64,000 nucleotides of DNA. Source: a candidate division WOR-3 bacterium UBA2258. Lineage in GTDB: Bacteria > Hydrothermota > Tepidihabitantia > Tepidihabitantales > Tepidihabitantaceae. Below the pieces are notes generated by a model. That model worked only from the letters and a program-made list of their open reading frames with translations. It had not been told where the DNA came from and ran no database searches. The stretch is taken from assembly GCA_002347155.1 (NCBI GenBank), contig DDXO01000025.1, positions 10,853 to 74,852 on the forward strand. Direction: 5' to 3'. A program made the translations under genes and the position numbers. Below, in pieces: positions 16,188 to 24,884 of this stretch; the first letter of the stretch is position 1; each line of letters begins with the position of its first letter.

Positions 16188-16661
16188 CTAGGCGCGAAAC
16201 CAGTCGCGGATGAACTGAACGAGTGCGGGCAGGGCTGCCCGCACTGCGGGCGACACGTCGGTGTTGAACTCCATCTGCTGCGGCTGGATGCCGAGGAGCT
16301 CAATGCTCGCCTTGGTCTCAAGCGCGAGCATCTCGACCGCGAGGTTCAGCGGCAGCGTGTGCGTGGAGAGAAGCCCATAGGATAGCTGTTCGATTTCCTC
16401 CCGGCTGAACAGCCGGAACTCGCCGGGCTCTCCCCCGAAGCTACAGCAGTCCACAATCAGTATGCGGGTTGGCTTACGGTCAGCTATCGGCTGGAGGAAG
16501 TTCTCGGGCGTGTTGCCGCAGTCCATGACGATGAGACTGGACGGCGACAACGGACTATGGGCGTTGGACGAATGACCGGTCTTCTGAAGCTCGTCGCAGA
16601 CAAGGCACCCGACCGCATCGTCTCCGCGCAGGCGATTACCGACCCCGAGTACGAGCAGCAC
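16188..16661 (-). CDS. Hydrogenase maturation protease (HycI/HyaD family)
   Basis: The N-terminus LVLGVGNRLRGDDAVG, an internal D-containing IVDC segment, and HTLPL are typical of NiFe-hydrogenase C-terminal endopeptidases. Confidence 0.75.
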   Translation of the reverse strand: MLLVLGVGNRLRGDDAVGCLVCDELQKTGHSSNAHSPLSPSSLIVMDCGNTPENFLQPIADRKPTRILIVDCCSFGGEPGEFRLFSREEIEQLSYGLLSTHTLPLNLAVEMLALETKASIELLGIQPQQMEFNTDVSPAVRAALPALVQFIRDWFRA

Positions 16662-16778
16662 TGGCGGTTCGTTGTCGGCGATTGAAGATTACCGGTTCGG
16701 GCTCGACCTCATCCGGTTCCGAGGAGTGGGGCGACACCGCCCGACATTCGCCACTCGGCTCTCGTCATTGGGCGATGT

Positions 16779-17705
16779 CTAGAGTCTGGCCCGCCACTGC
16801 TTGGCTTCGCGCACGTAGTGCGCGAGCCAGGGGACGTGGTCCTGATAGCATTCCCAGGCGATGACCCGGTCCAGCCGCTCCCGGGCTTCTTCGGTGTCGC
16901 CCATCCGGGCGTAGGCTTTGCCACAGACTATCCAGTTCTCCGCCACGCTGTATTTGTCCTGGGGAAAAGCCTTGGGCAGCACGGTGTCGAGTTCCGCTCC
17001 GGTCCGCACGGCGGCGTCGTAGCGGCCGGCCTCGAACTGGATGTCACGCGTCATGCGCCAGATGCATCGGTTGCCGGGATAGACGGCAAGCAGTCTCTGG
17101 CAGTAGCCGAGGGCGGCGTCGTAGTCGCCGTCGGCTTTGAGCATGTAGGCAAGCATGACCTGGGCCATGGGCTGCAGCAGCCCTTCCCGATCGGCCAGCG
17201 GTCTCACCGTCGCATATGCCTTGGTGCGGGAACCGAACAGCCGGATGCCGAGCGTATACCGGTCGGAGGTTGCCTTGAAGTACTCAATCATGCCGAGCCC
17301 GAATCTGGCGTCGGTCAGGGTCGAATCAATGGCCAGCGCCGCCTTGAGGTGCGGCGTCACGTCGAAGAGCACCCGCAGGGCAGACAGCGTCCGCCGCTGC
17401 CAGCCGAGGAAGCTGGAACGGTTGAGCTGCATCAAGCCTAAGTAGAAGTGGGCCTGCGCATCGCGCGGGTCCTCGGCCAGCCGCTGACGGCAGAGCCCGA
17501 CCACCTTGTCCGCCATCGTGAAGAATGAGTCCGCCAGCCAGCCCTTGCCTGAATCGAATACCAGAAGCTGGATGATATCCGCGTGCCAGTAGTACCCCAT
17601 CGGGTCGGTCGTATCGCGGGCAATCACCGCGGAAGTGAGCGCCATCGCCGAGTCGTACTGCTGGTGGTAACAGAGGTCCCGCGCCCGGATGATGTCGGCG
17701 TTCAT
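16779..17705 (-). CDS. TPR-like helical repeat protein (paralog A); true start probably upstream at 17756
   Basis: 308 aa from the ATG. Clearly homologous to 17951-18817 along its whole length. An in-frame signal-peptide-like extension lies upstream (see findings). Confidence 0.7.
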   Translation of the reverse strand: MNADIIRARDLCYHQQYDSAMALTSAVIARDTTDPMGYYWHADIIQLLVFDSGKGWLADSFFTMADKVVGLCRQRLAEDPRDAQAHFYLGLMQLNRSSFLGWQRRTLSALRVLFDVTPHLKAALAIDSTLTDARFGLGMIEYFKATSDRYTLGIRLFGSRTKAYATVRPLADREGLLQPMAQVMLAYMLKADGDYDAALGYCQRLLAVYPGNRCIWRMTRDIQFEAGRYDAAVRTGAELDTVLPKAFPQDKYSVAENWIVCGKAYARMGDTEEARERLDRVIAWECYQDHVPWLAHYVREAKQWRARL

Positions 17706-17950
17706 CGTCGGACGCGTTACGGACAGAATCAGCCCCAGTAGAACACTAACGTTCAGTAGTCCCCTCCCTGTCAGACGGAATGCCTTCGGGCAGAGCCGCG
17801 ACCGACGCGGCCGTTCGACTCGGTTTGGTACCTGCGACTCGGAGGTGCACCAGATTCACCTTACCGAACTGTGGTGCGCCGGTCAAGCAACGCCCGGGTG
17901 TCGGCCTCGTCTCCCGGCTTGTGCCGGCCGACCCGAGATCCCGAGCACCC

Positions 17951-18817
17951 TCAGGTCCGCAGCCTCCCCAGCCAGCGCCTGGCCTCGCGTACGTACTGCG
18001 TCAGCCACGGCACCTCGTCCTTGCAGTACTCCCAGGCAATGACGCGGGCGAACTTCACACGCGCGCTGTCGCTCTGGTCGGCCTGCGCGAATGCCTTGCC
18101 GCACACGACCCAGTTCTCGGCCAAGGCGTAACGGCTGCCGGGGCAGTCGCGGAGCACTGCCTGTTCGATGAAGCGACCGGTCGCCACCGCGTCCGACAAC
18201 CTGCCGCCCTGGTATTGCGCGTCGCGTATCATACGCAGCGCCGTACGGTTGCCCGTATACCGCTGCAGCACATCCCGGAGCCGCCGGACCGAGCCGTCGA
18301 CATCGCCGTCCTGCTTCAACATGTACGCGTGCAGGAACTGGGCCGCCGGCTGCAGCAGGCACTCGCTGTCGGCGACCGCCGCCACCAACTGATAGGCTTT
18401 GCTCTTAGAACCCAGCAGCCCCAGGCCTCCGATGTAGCGGTCCGCGCTCGCCTTGAAGTACTCGACGACGCCGAGGCCGAACCAGGCGTCGGTCAGTGAG
18501 GAGTCGATGGCCAGAGCCGCACGCAGATGCGGTGTGACGCGCAACAGCACCTGAAAAGCGGGGACAGCCCGCTGCTGCCAGCCGAGCATGTTCGCACGGT
18601 TGAGCTCGGTCATGCCCAGGTAGAAATGCGCCCGGGCATCGCCGGAGTTGCGACCAAGACGCCGGCGGGCCTTCGCGACCGCGCGGTCACTGAGCGCATA
18701 AAACGAGTCGATGAGCTGCTTGTTGCCCGTGTCATAGATCAGAAGCTGGACCACGCTCGCCTGCCAGTAGCAGGGAGCGGGGTCGGTCGGGTCGCGCCGC
18801 GACAGGGACTCGACCAC
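17951..18817 (-). CDS. TPR-like helical repeat protein (paralog B); true start probably upstream at 18934
   Basis: Homology to paralog A continues upstream of the ORF-track GTG start (DDLIRARDLCYRQEFDSALA versus ADIIRARDLCYHQQYDSAMA). Confidence 0.7.
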   Translation of the reverse strand: MVESLSRRDPTDPAPCYWQASVVQLLIYDTGNKQLIDSFYALSDRAVAKARRRLGRNSGDARAHFYLGMTELNRANMLGWQQRAVPAFQVLLRVTPHLRAALAIDSSLTDAWFGLGVVEYFKASADRYIGGLGLLGSKSKAYQLVAAVADSECLLQPAAQFLHAYMLKQDGDVDGSVRRLRDVLQRYTGNRTALRMIRDAQYQGGRLSDAVATGRFIEQAVLRDCPGSRYALAENWVVCGKAFAQADQSDSARVKFARVIAWEYCKDEVPWLTQYVREARRWLGRLRT

Positions 18818-18923
18818 GGCGAGGGCCGAGTCGAACTCCTGCCGGTAGCACAGGTCGCGGGCCCGGATGAGGTCATCGGCGGGGAGGGCCGATGCCGACG
18901 CGAGTGCCAGCGACAGCAGCAGG

Positions 18924-19310
18924 CTATATTTCAGCGGTCACCTCGATTTCGATTGCGACGCCCTTGGGCAGGGCTGCGACCTGCACGGTCGAGCGGGCCG
19001 GGAACGGCTCGCGGAAGTGGCGGGCGTACACCTCGTTGACCTTGCTGAACTGGCCCATGTCGGTCAGGAACACGGTAACCTTCACTGCCCGGCTCAGGTC
19101 GGTCCCGGCCGCGGCCAGCACCGCAGCGAGATTGGCGAACACCTGCTCGGTCTCCTTCACGATGTCACCGGTAACCATGCTGCCGGTGGCCGGGTCGATC
19201 GGTATCTGACCGGACGTGAAGACCAGGTTGCCGTACTGCACAGCCTGGCTGTAGGGGCCAATCGGCTTTGGCGCCTTGTCGGTGAGAATCGGTCTGCGTT
19301 CACTACTCAC
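18924..19310 (-). CDS. ridA: RidA/YjgF family reactive-intermediate deaminase
   Basis: APKPIGPYSQAV...SGQIP and a C-terminal VEIEV-like IEIEVTAEI. GTG at 19310 gives the normal size of about 128 aa. The ORF-track start at 19409 runs through hairpin-rich spacer. Confidence 0.85.
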   Translation of the reverse strand: MSSERRPILTDKAPKPIGPYSQAVQYGNLVFTSGQIPIDPATGSMVTGDIVKETEQVFANLAAVLAAAGTDLSRAVKVTVFLTDMGQFSKVNEVYARHFREPFPARSTVQVAALPKGVAIEIEVTAEI

Positions 19311-19413
19311 AGCTTGCCGCCTTTCGGTTGTTTGCCTGTGGACTGCGGCAGCAAGGCTGCCGCTTTTCCGGAAAAGCGGGAGCTGCGCTCCCGCACTCCA
19401 AGACCGCAATCGC

Positions 19414-20325
19414 TCACGATGCCAAGTTCCCGAGTGCTATCGAATAGAGCTTGGTTTCCGGCGAGTCGGCCCGCGACAGCATAACGATCGGCTTCCTCGC
19501 ACCGACGATGATGCCCGCGCCCTTTGCCCCGCCCAGGTACTGCAGCCCCTTGGCCAGGATGTTGCCGGTAGCCAGCGACGGCACCACCAGGATGTCAACG
19601 TTACCCGACACCTCGCTGGCAACCCGCTTGATCTTCGCGGCCTCGGGCGAAAACGCAATGTCCAGCGCGAGCGGTCCCTCAATCACTGCGTCGCCGAACT
19701 CGCCCTGGTCGCCCATCTTGGTTACAATCGCCCAGTCCAGGGTATCCGCGATGCCGAGCGTTATCTTCTCGACCGCAGAAAGCAGTGCCACCCTGGGACG
19801 AGCGATGCCGAGCATGCGCGCGAGCCCGACAGCGTTGCGCACGATGTCGGTCTTGCGCCGGAGGTCCAGCTCCGCGTTGATACCGCCGTCGGTGACAAAC
19901 AACACCTTCTTGTACGTCGGAAGCTCGAGCAGGGCAACGTGACTGAGAATCCGGTCGCCGCGCAGCCCGAGTCCCTCGTCGAGCACCCCGCGCATGAAAG
20001 TGGCCGTGTCGACCTGCCCTTTCATCAGGAAATCGCCCCTGGTGGCAGCGTCGGATATCGCCTGCCGGATTGACTCTGCCTGCGACGCTGTGTTGTGAAT
20101 CTCGAAGTCGGTGGCCGCGAACTTCTGGCTCTGGCAGATCGTCGCGATTCGCTGCTCGTCGCCGTAAAGCGCACCCTCGGCAATGCCGGCCTGCCTGGCC
20201 GCCCGCAGCGCCTCGACGGCAGCGCAGTCCTCAGCGCAGGCCACTACACAGCGACGCGAGCCGCGGGCTCTGGCCCGCGCCAGCAGGTCCTGGAAGTTGG
20301 CTATTGGCCCGGAATCAGCAGCCAT
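19414..20325 (-). CDS. ptb: Phosphate acyltransferase (phosphate butyryl/acetyltransferase family)
   Basis: 303 aa. MKGQVDTATFMRGVL, LFVTDGGIN, GPLALDIA and ILVVPSLATGNILAKGL match the Pta/Ptb fold family. Confidence 0.8.
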   Translation of the reverse strand: MAADSGPIANFQDLLARARARGSRRCVVACAEDCAAVEALRAARQAGIAEGALYGDEQRIATICQSQKFAATDFEIHNTASQAESIRQAISDAATRGDFLMKGQVDTATFMRGVLDEGLGLRGDRILSHVALLELPTYKKVLFVTDGGINAELDLRRKTDIVRNAVGLARMLGIARPRVALLSAVEKITLGIADTLDWAIVTKMGDQGEFGDAVIEGPLALDIAFSPEAAKIKRVASEVSGNVDILVVPSLATGNILAKGLQYLGGAKGAGIIVGARKPIVMLSRADSPETKLYSIALGNLAS

Positions 20326-21724
20326 AATAGAGGCTGAACTCCCACGGATGAGGCCGGCGGGCGACCGCCTCGACCTCGTCCATTTTCAGCTCGACCCACT
20401 TGTCGAGAATCTCCTTCGAAAAGACACCATCCTGGATCAGGTAGGCGCTGTCCCTCTGCAGTTCATCCAGTGCGCGCACGAGAGAAAACGGTACCGCCTT
20501 TCGGCCCTGCTCGCGCGAGTCGAGCCGTCCGTCTAGCGGCGACCCGGGGTCAACTTGGCGGCGGACTCCATCCAGGCCGGCCATCAACACTGCGGCCAGC
20601 GACAGGTAGGGATTGGCCGTGGCGTCGGGAATCCGGTACTCGAACGCCATCTCGGCAGCATTGTTGACGTACCCCGGAATCCGGATGGCGGCCGTGCGAT
20701 TGGCTACCGAAAAGAAGACCAGCACCGGCGCCTCGTACCCCGGCACGAGGCGGCGGTAGGAATTGGTGCTCGGGTTGGTCAGGGCGCACAGACTCGGCGC
20801 ATGGTCGAGAATCCCGCCGACAAAGCTGAGGGCCAGCTTCGACAGCCTGGCCGGCCCCTTCTCGTCCCCGAACAGCGATACGCCGTCCTCGCCGGCCCCG
20901 ACGCCCCGTCGCTCGCTCCCGTGCTTACGCAGGAAGAGGTGGAGATGCATGCCCGACCCGGCTTCGCCGAATATCGGCTTGGGCATGAACGTGGCACTCT
21001 TGTCGAACTTGAAGGCGAGGTTACGGACGAGGTACTTGCCGATCATGATGCCGTCGGCCGAGCGCATCGCGGGCAGGAATACCGGTTCGACCTCGACCTG
21101 CGAGTAACGGCCGCCCTCATGGTGGTGGTACTTAACCGGGACTCCACACCCGGCCATCAGCAGTGAAAGCTCGGACCGGAAGTCGGAACTCCGGTCGAAA
21201 GGCGGAGCGACGTGGTACGCCGGCCCCTTGAACAGCGAGACGCCCGAAGGGTCATCGTGCTTCAACTCGTCGGTTTCGATGCGGTAGGCAGCCGACGACT
21301 GGTCGGTCCAGAATTCAGCCTTATTGAAGAGGTAGAACTCGAATTCCGGCCTTACCATCACCTCGTCGGCGTGGGTCTCCTTCTTCAGGGCCGCCACCGC
21401 ACGCTGCAGAATTGCCCGCGGGTCGCGCTCGTATCTCCGCTGGCCGTCGCTCTCGTAGATCTCGGCAAAGCAAGAGATCGTCGGCTCCTGGGCAAACGGG
21501 TCAACAAAGGCCGAGTCGAGGTCCGGCTTCAGGAGCATGTCGCCGGCATCTACGGTCCGGAACCCGGCTACTGCCGAGCTGTCAAACCCGACGCCTTCAT
21601 TGACCGCATGCTCAAGCTGCTCAACCGGGAGAGTCACGTGCCGGAGCCGGCCGGTAAGATCCGAGTACTTAAGGTCAAAGAACCTGATGTCTTTCTCGAG
21701 AATGGCGTTTTCGATACGTTTCAC
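20315..21724 (-). CDS. glnA: Glutamine synthetase, type I
   Basis: 469 aa. FDLKYSDLTGRLRHVTLP, FMPKPIFGEAGSGMHLHLFL and NSYRRLVPGYEAP are GS-I signatures. Confidence 0.93.
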   Translation of the reverse strand: MKRIENAILEKDIRFFDLKYSDLTGRLRHVTLPVEQLEHAVNEGVGFDSSAVAGFRTVDAGDMLLKPDLDSAFVDPFAQEPTISCFAEIYESDGQRRYERDPRAILQRAVAALKKETHADEVMVRPEFEFYLFNKAEFWTDQSSAAYRIETDELKHDDPSGVSLFKGPAYHVAPPFDRSSDFRSELSLLMAGCGVPVKYHHHEGGRYSQVEVEPVFLPAMRSADGIMIGKYLVRNLAFKFDKSATFMPKPIFGEAGSGMHLHLFLRKHGSERRGVGAGEDGVSLFGDEKGPARLSKLALSFVGGILDHAPSLCALTNPSTNSYRRLVPGYEAPVLVFFSVANRTAAIRIPGYVNNAAEMAFEYRIPDATANPYLSLAAVLMAGLDGVRRQVDPGSPLDGRLDSREQGRKAVPFSLVRALDELQRDSAYLIQDGVFSKEILDKWVELKMDEVEAVARRPHPWEFSLYYGC

Positions 21725-22047
21725 GCCTGTAAGCTTGCCACAATGGGCCTGAAAGTCAACCCGACCGTCCCCGAAACAGACACTGGACCGACCACAAAGC
21801 CCACAGAGAGCACAGCGCGGCGGAGGCCTGCCGGTGCTTAGATGGTAGACAGGCGCAAGTCAGACGGCAAAGTGCAGATGCCAGAAGCCAGAATGCCCGA
21901 AGATGGCGGGGGTCGAACCAGGCTCGGCCTCCGCGACCGGACAAGTGCGGAAATCCTGCGCGGTCACGAGCGGCCGGACAACTATCCACGCCCCCATCCA
22001 TCACCAGGTAGCGCTGTCCCAACGGTCCCAAGCCCATCCGCAGTCGT

Positions 22048-22075
22048 TTGACTCAAGCGCTCGGGCTTCTAGAAT
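22048..22075 (+). promoter_or_regulatory. sigma70-type promoter of mnmG (short or absent leader)
   Basis: TTGACT, 16 nt spacer, TAGAAT, then 11 nt to TTG 22087. The same hexamers occur upstream of pepP. Confidence 0.55.
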
Positions 22076-22086
22076 CACCTCCAACC

Positions 22087-24027
22087 TTGAAGCACCAGGA
22101 AGCTCATGATGTGATTGTCGTCGGGGCCGGGCATGCCGGAACCGAGGCAGCGCTGGCCGCTGCCCGGATGGGCTGTTCGACCCTGCTCGTGACCCAGAAT
22201 CTCGACACCATCGGTCTGATGTCGTGCAACCCCGCGGTCGGCGGCATCGGCAAGGGGCAGCTCGTGCGCGACCTGGACGCGATGGGCGGCGCGATGGGGC
22301 AATTGACCGACAAGGCCGGTATCCACTTCCGCCAACTGAATACGAGCAAGGGACGGGCGGTGCGCTCGTCACGGGCGCAGGTTGACCGACAGCTCTACAG
22401 AAGACTGATGAAGCAGCTTCTTGAGGGGGCAGACGAAGTCAGAAGCGAGAAGCTGGATGCTGGAAGTCAGAAGTGGAAAAATGGAAAGGGAGAGGGGAAC
22501 GCAGTCAGGCTTTACCAAGGAACGGTGGCAAGGGTAGTGGTGCGGGGGAAGACGTGCGTGGGCGTTGAGACCGAGCTGGGAGAGCAGTTGCTGGCGAAGA
22601 CAGTGGTGCTCGCGCCGGGGACGTTCCTGAATGGCCTGGTCCACATCGGCCTCACGAGCTTCCCGGCCGGCCGCTTGGGCGAAGCCCCGGCACAGAGGCT
22701 CGGCGCGAACCTACGGGAGCTGGGCTTCAACATCGGCCGATTCAAGACCGGGACTCCGGCGCGGCTGGACATGCGGTCCTTGAACCTGAAGGCGATGCAC
22801 AAGCAGGACGGTGACGAGCCACCGGTGCCATTCTCGGACTGGACCGACGCGCCGCCACAGAACCGGGCAAGCTGCTACGTCACGTATACGAACGAGAAGA
22901 CGCACCGTATCGTCCGCTCCGGCCTCGCGCAATCGCCGCTGTACGCCGGCGTTATCAAGGGCCGCGGCGTGCGCTACTGCCCGTCCATCGAGGACAAGGT
23001 CGTGAAGTTCTCGGACCGCGACCGGCACCACATCTTCATCGAACCCGAGGGAACGGACACGGTCGAGTGCTATCCGAACGGCATCTCGACCAGCCTGCCG
23101 GTTCACCTTCAGCTACGGATGCTCCAGTCCATTGAAGGACTTGAGGAATGCCGGATGCTCCGGCCCGGATACGCAATCGAGCACGACTACTCGGACCCGA
23201 CCCAGCTCTATCCCACTCTGGAAACCCGACTCGTGCGTAACCTTTGCTTCGCTGGACAGATAAACGGCACTACCGGGTACGAGGAAGCCGCAGCACAGGG
23301 GCTTGTCGCCGGCGCCAATGCCGCGCTGCGCGTACTGGAGAAACCGCCACTCGTGCTGACCCGCGCCGACTCGTACATCGGGGTAATGATTGATGACCTC
23401 GTGACCAAGGGCACGGACGAGCCGTATCGGATGTTCACCGCTCGGGTCGAGTATCGCCTGCTCCTGCGCGAGGACAACGCGGACCTGCGCCTCGGCCCAC
23501 GCGCACATGAACTCGGCCTGCTCACGGATAAGCTGTTCAGCCGGATTCGGGAGAAGCAGAGGCAGTGTGAGCAGGCGACGAAGTGGCTCAACACGGCCCG
23601 GATCAAGGCCACGCCAAAGGTCAACCGCAGGCTAAAGGCACTAGGCACCACGGCGATTTCCGAGTCGGTTCCCGCTATTGAGCTACTGCGGAGGCCAGAG
23701 GTCTCCTGGAGTGACTTGATGTATACGGCCGAGAAGAACGGGGACAGTCCCACGCCGGCCCCCACCTCTGTTCACGAGATGGTTGAGCTTGAGGTGAAGT
23801 ACGAGGGCTACATTGAGCGGATGAGGCGGCAACTCGGCCAGTTCGAGGAGCTGGAATCCATCAGGATCCCCGAGCGGCTGGACTTCGGTCGCGTGCCCGG
23901 ACTCTCCAATGAGGTCCGCGAGAGGCTGACGCGCAACCGCCCGGCATCGGTCGGCATGGCCCAACGCATGCCCGGCGTGACGCCGGCAGCCGTCTTTGCA
24001 TTGATGGCATACCTCAGGAAGAAATGA
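22087..24027 (+). CDS. mnmG: tRNA uridine 5-carboxymethylaminomethyl modification enzyme MnmG (GidA)
   Basis: [22 protein letters not shown] (FAD motif), [21 protein letters not shown] and [17 protein letters not shown]. The start is uncertain (TTG 22087 or GTG 22111). The ORF-track start at 22048 coincides with the -35 box. Confidence 0.93.
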   Translation: MKHQEAHDVIVVGAGHAGTEAALAAARMGCSTLLVTQNLDTIGLMSCNPAVGGIGKGQLVRDLDAMGGAMGQLTDKAGIHFRQLNTSKGRAVRSSRAQVDRQLYRRLMKQLLEGADEVRSEKLDAGSQKWKNGKGEGNAVRLYQGTVARVVVRGKTCVGVETELGEQLLAKTVVLAPGTFLNGLVHIGLTSFPAGRLGEAPAQRLGANLRELGFNIGRFKTGTPARLDMRSLNLKAMHKQDGDEPPVPFSDWTDAPPQNRASCYVTYTNEKTHRIVRSGLAQSPLYAGVIKGRGVRYCPSIEDKVVKFSDRDRHHIFIEPEGTDTVECYPNGISTSLPVHLQLRMLQSIEGLEECRMLRPGYAIEHDYSDPTQLYPTLETRLVRNLCFAGQINGTTGYEEAAAQGLVAGANAALRVLEKPPLVLTRADSYIGVMIDDLVTKGTDEPYRMFTARVEYRLLLREDNADLRLGPRAHELGLLTDKLFSRIREKQRQCEQATKWLNTARIKATPKVNRRLKALGTTAISESVPAIELLRRPEVSWSDLMYTAEKNGDSPTPAPTSVHEMVELEVKYEGYIERMRRQLGQFEELESIRIPERLDFGRVPGLSNEVRERLTRNRPASVGMAQRMPGVTPAAVFALMAYLRKK

Positions 24028-24139
24028 GGAATGACGAATCAACGAGGAAATGACCAAGTCCAAGCAATCAGGCCTTCATTCAGACACTCGGACTTCATTC
24101 GGAGTTCGAGCTTCGTGTTTCGGATGTCATGGAGGGCAT

Positions 24140-24820
24140 ATGGCTTCAACCACTAACCGCGAGGCTTTGGAGCAACTATGCCGGAATCGCGGCGCGGTCG
24201 GGTTTGGCGTCTGCCGACTTTCGGACATCAAGACCGACGATTTCCTCCTGCCGGAACAGACGATCCGCGACCTGCCTTTGGCCATCAGCATCGTACTTCA
24301 CCTCTCCCCTGCCGTGCTAGGGACCCTCGAAGGCCATCCGAACCAGTTGTACGAGCACCACTATCGGCAGGTTAACTTCGCGCTGGACCGGTTGGCACTG
24401 GACCTCGCCACGCTGATCCTGAATCTCGGCGCGCAGGCTTTGCCCATCGCGGCCTCGCAGCTCGTAGATTGGCAGAACCAGCGTGGTCATCTGTCGCACA
24501 AGCGCGTCGCAGTCGAAGCAGGCCTCGGCTGGCTGGGCAGGAACAACCTGCTCGTCACCCCCCGGTACGGCGCACAGGTTCGGCTGGTCACGGTCCTGAC
24601 CGACCTCGGGCTTGAGCCCAGCCACCCGCTTGAGAATGGCTGCGGCTCGTGTCGAGCCTGCATCGCTGCCTGCCCGGCCGAGGCCATTGGCGAGACCGCA
24701 GCCGAGTTCAGGCACCTCGACTGCTTCGCACTGCTCAAGGAGTTCCAGAGCAAACGCTACGTCAGCCAGTATATCTGTGGGCTGTGTGTACGGGCATGCG
24801 GCCCGGCGCATAACGCCTGA
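24140..24820 (+). CDS. QueG-like 4Fe-4S protein (epoxyqueuosine reductase family, short form)
   Basis: HKRVAVEAGLGWLGRNNLLVTPRYGAQVRLVTVLTDL and CGSCRACIAACPAEAI resemble QueG. ATG 24140 follows GGAGGG. Upstream ORF sequence is heptad repeat. Confidence 0.6.
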   Translation: MASTTNREALEQLCRNRGAVGFGVCRLSDIKTDDFLLPEQTIRDLPLAISIVLHLSPAVLGTLEGHPNQLYEHHYRQVNFALDRLALDLATLILNLGAQALPIAASQLVDWQNQRGHLSHKRVAVEAGLGWLGRNNLLVTPRYGAQVRLVTVLTDLGLEPSHPLENGCGSCRACIAACPAEAIGETAAEFRHLDCFALLKEFQSKRYVSQYICGLCVRACGPAHNA

Positions 24821-24884
24821 TGCTCTACGCCTGACGCTGACCGCGACTCCGGCGTGGACCGTCGTGCCTGAGGCGTCGAGCGTC

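Noticed and set aside
21725-21760. sigma54 (GG-N10-GC) promoter upstream of glnA (TGGCAAGCTTACAGGC).
   Set aside because: The spacing does not fit: the dinucleotide at the -12 position is GG, not GC. There is no TTGC element.
21904-21919. tRNA/tmRNA-like 3' end on the minus strand (GGTTCGACCCCCGCCA).
   Set aside because: No complementary T-stem precedes the TTCGA loop. No acceptor-stem partner could be found at a suitable distance. No tag-peptide reading frame or CCA-terminal architecture is present.
22048-22086. ORF-track N-terminal extensions: mnmG 22048, rluB-type 27918, accC 51428, archease 59921, nifS 61900, QueG-like 24050, ridA 19409, surface paralogs 7067 and 10056.
   Set aside because: The extensions run through promoter hexamers, repeat arrays, conserved leaders or neighbouring genes. 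Downstream starts give canonical protein lengths and, in most cases, an SD or leaderless geometry.
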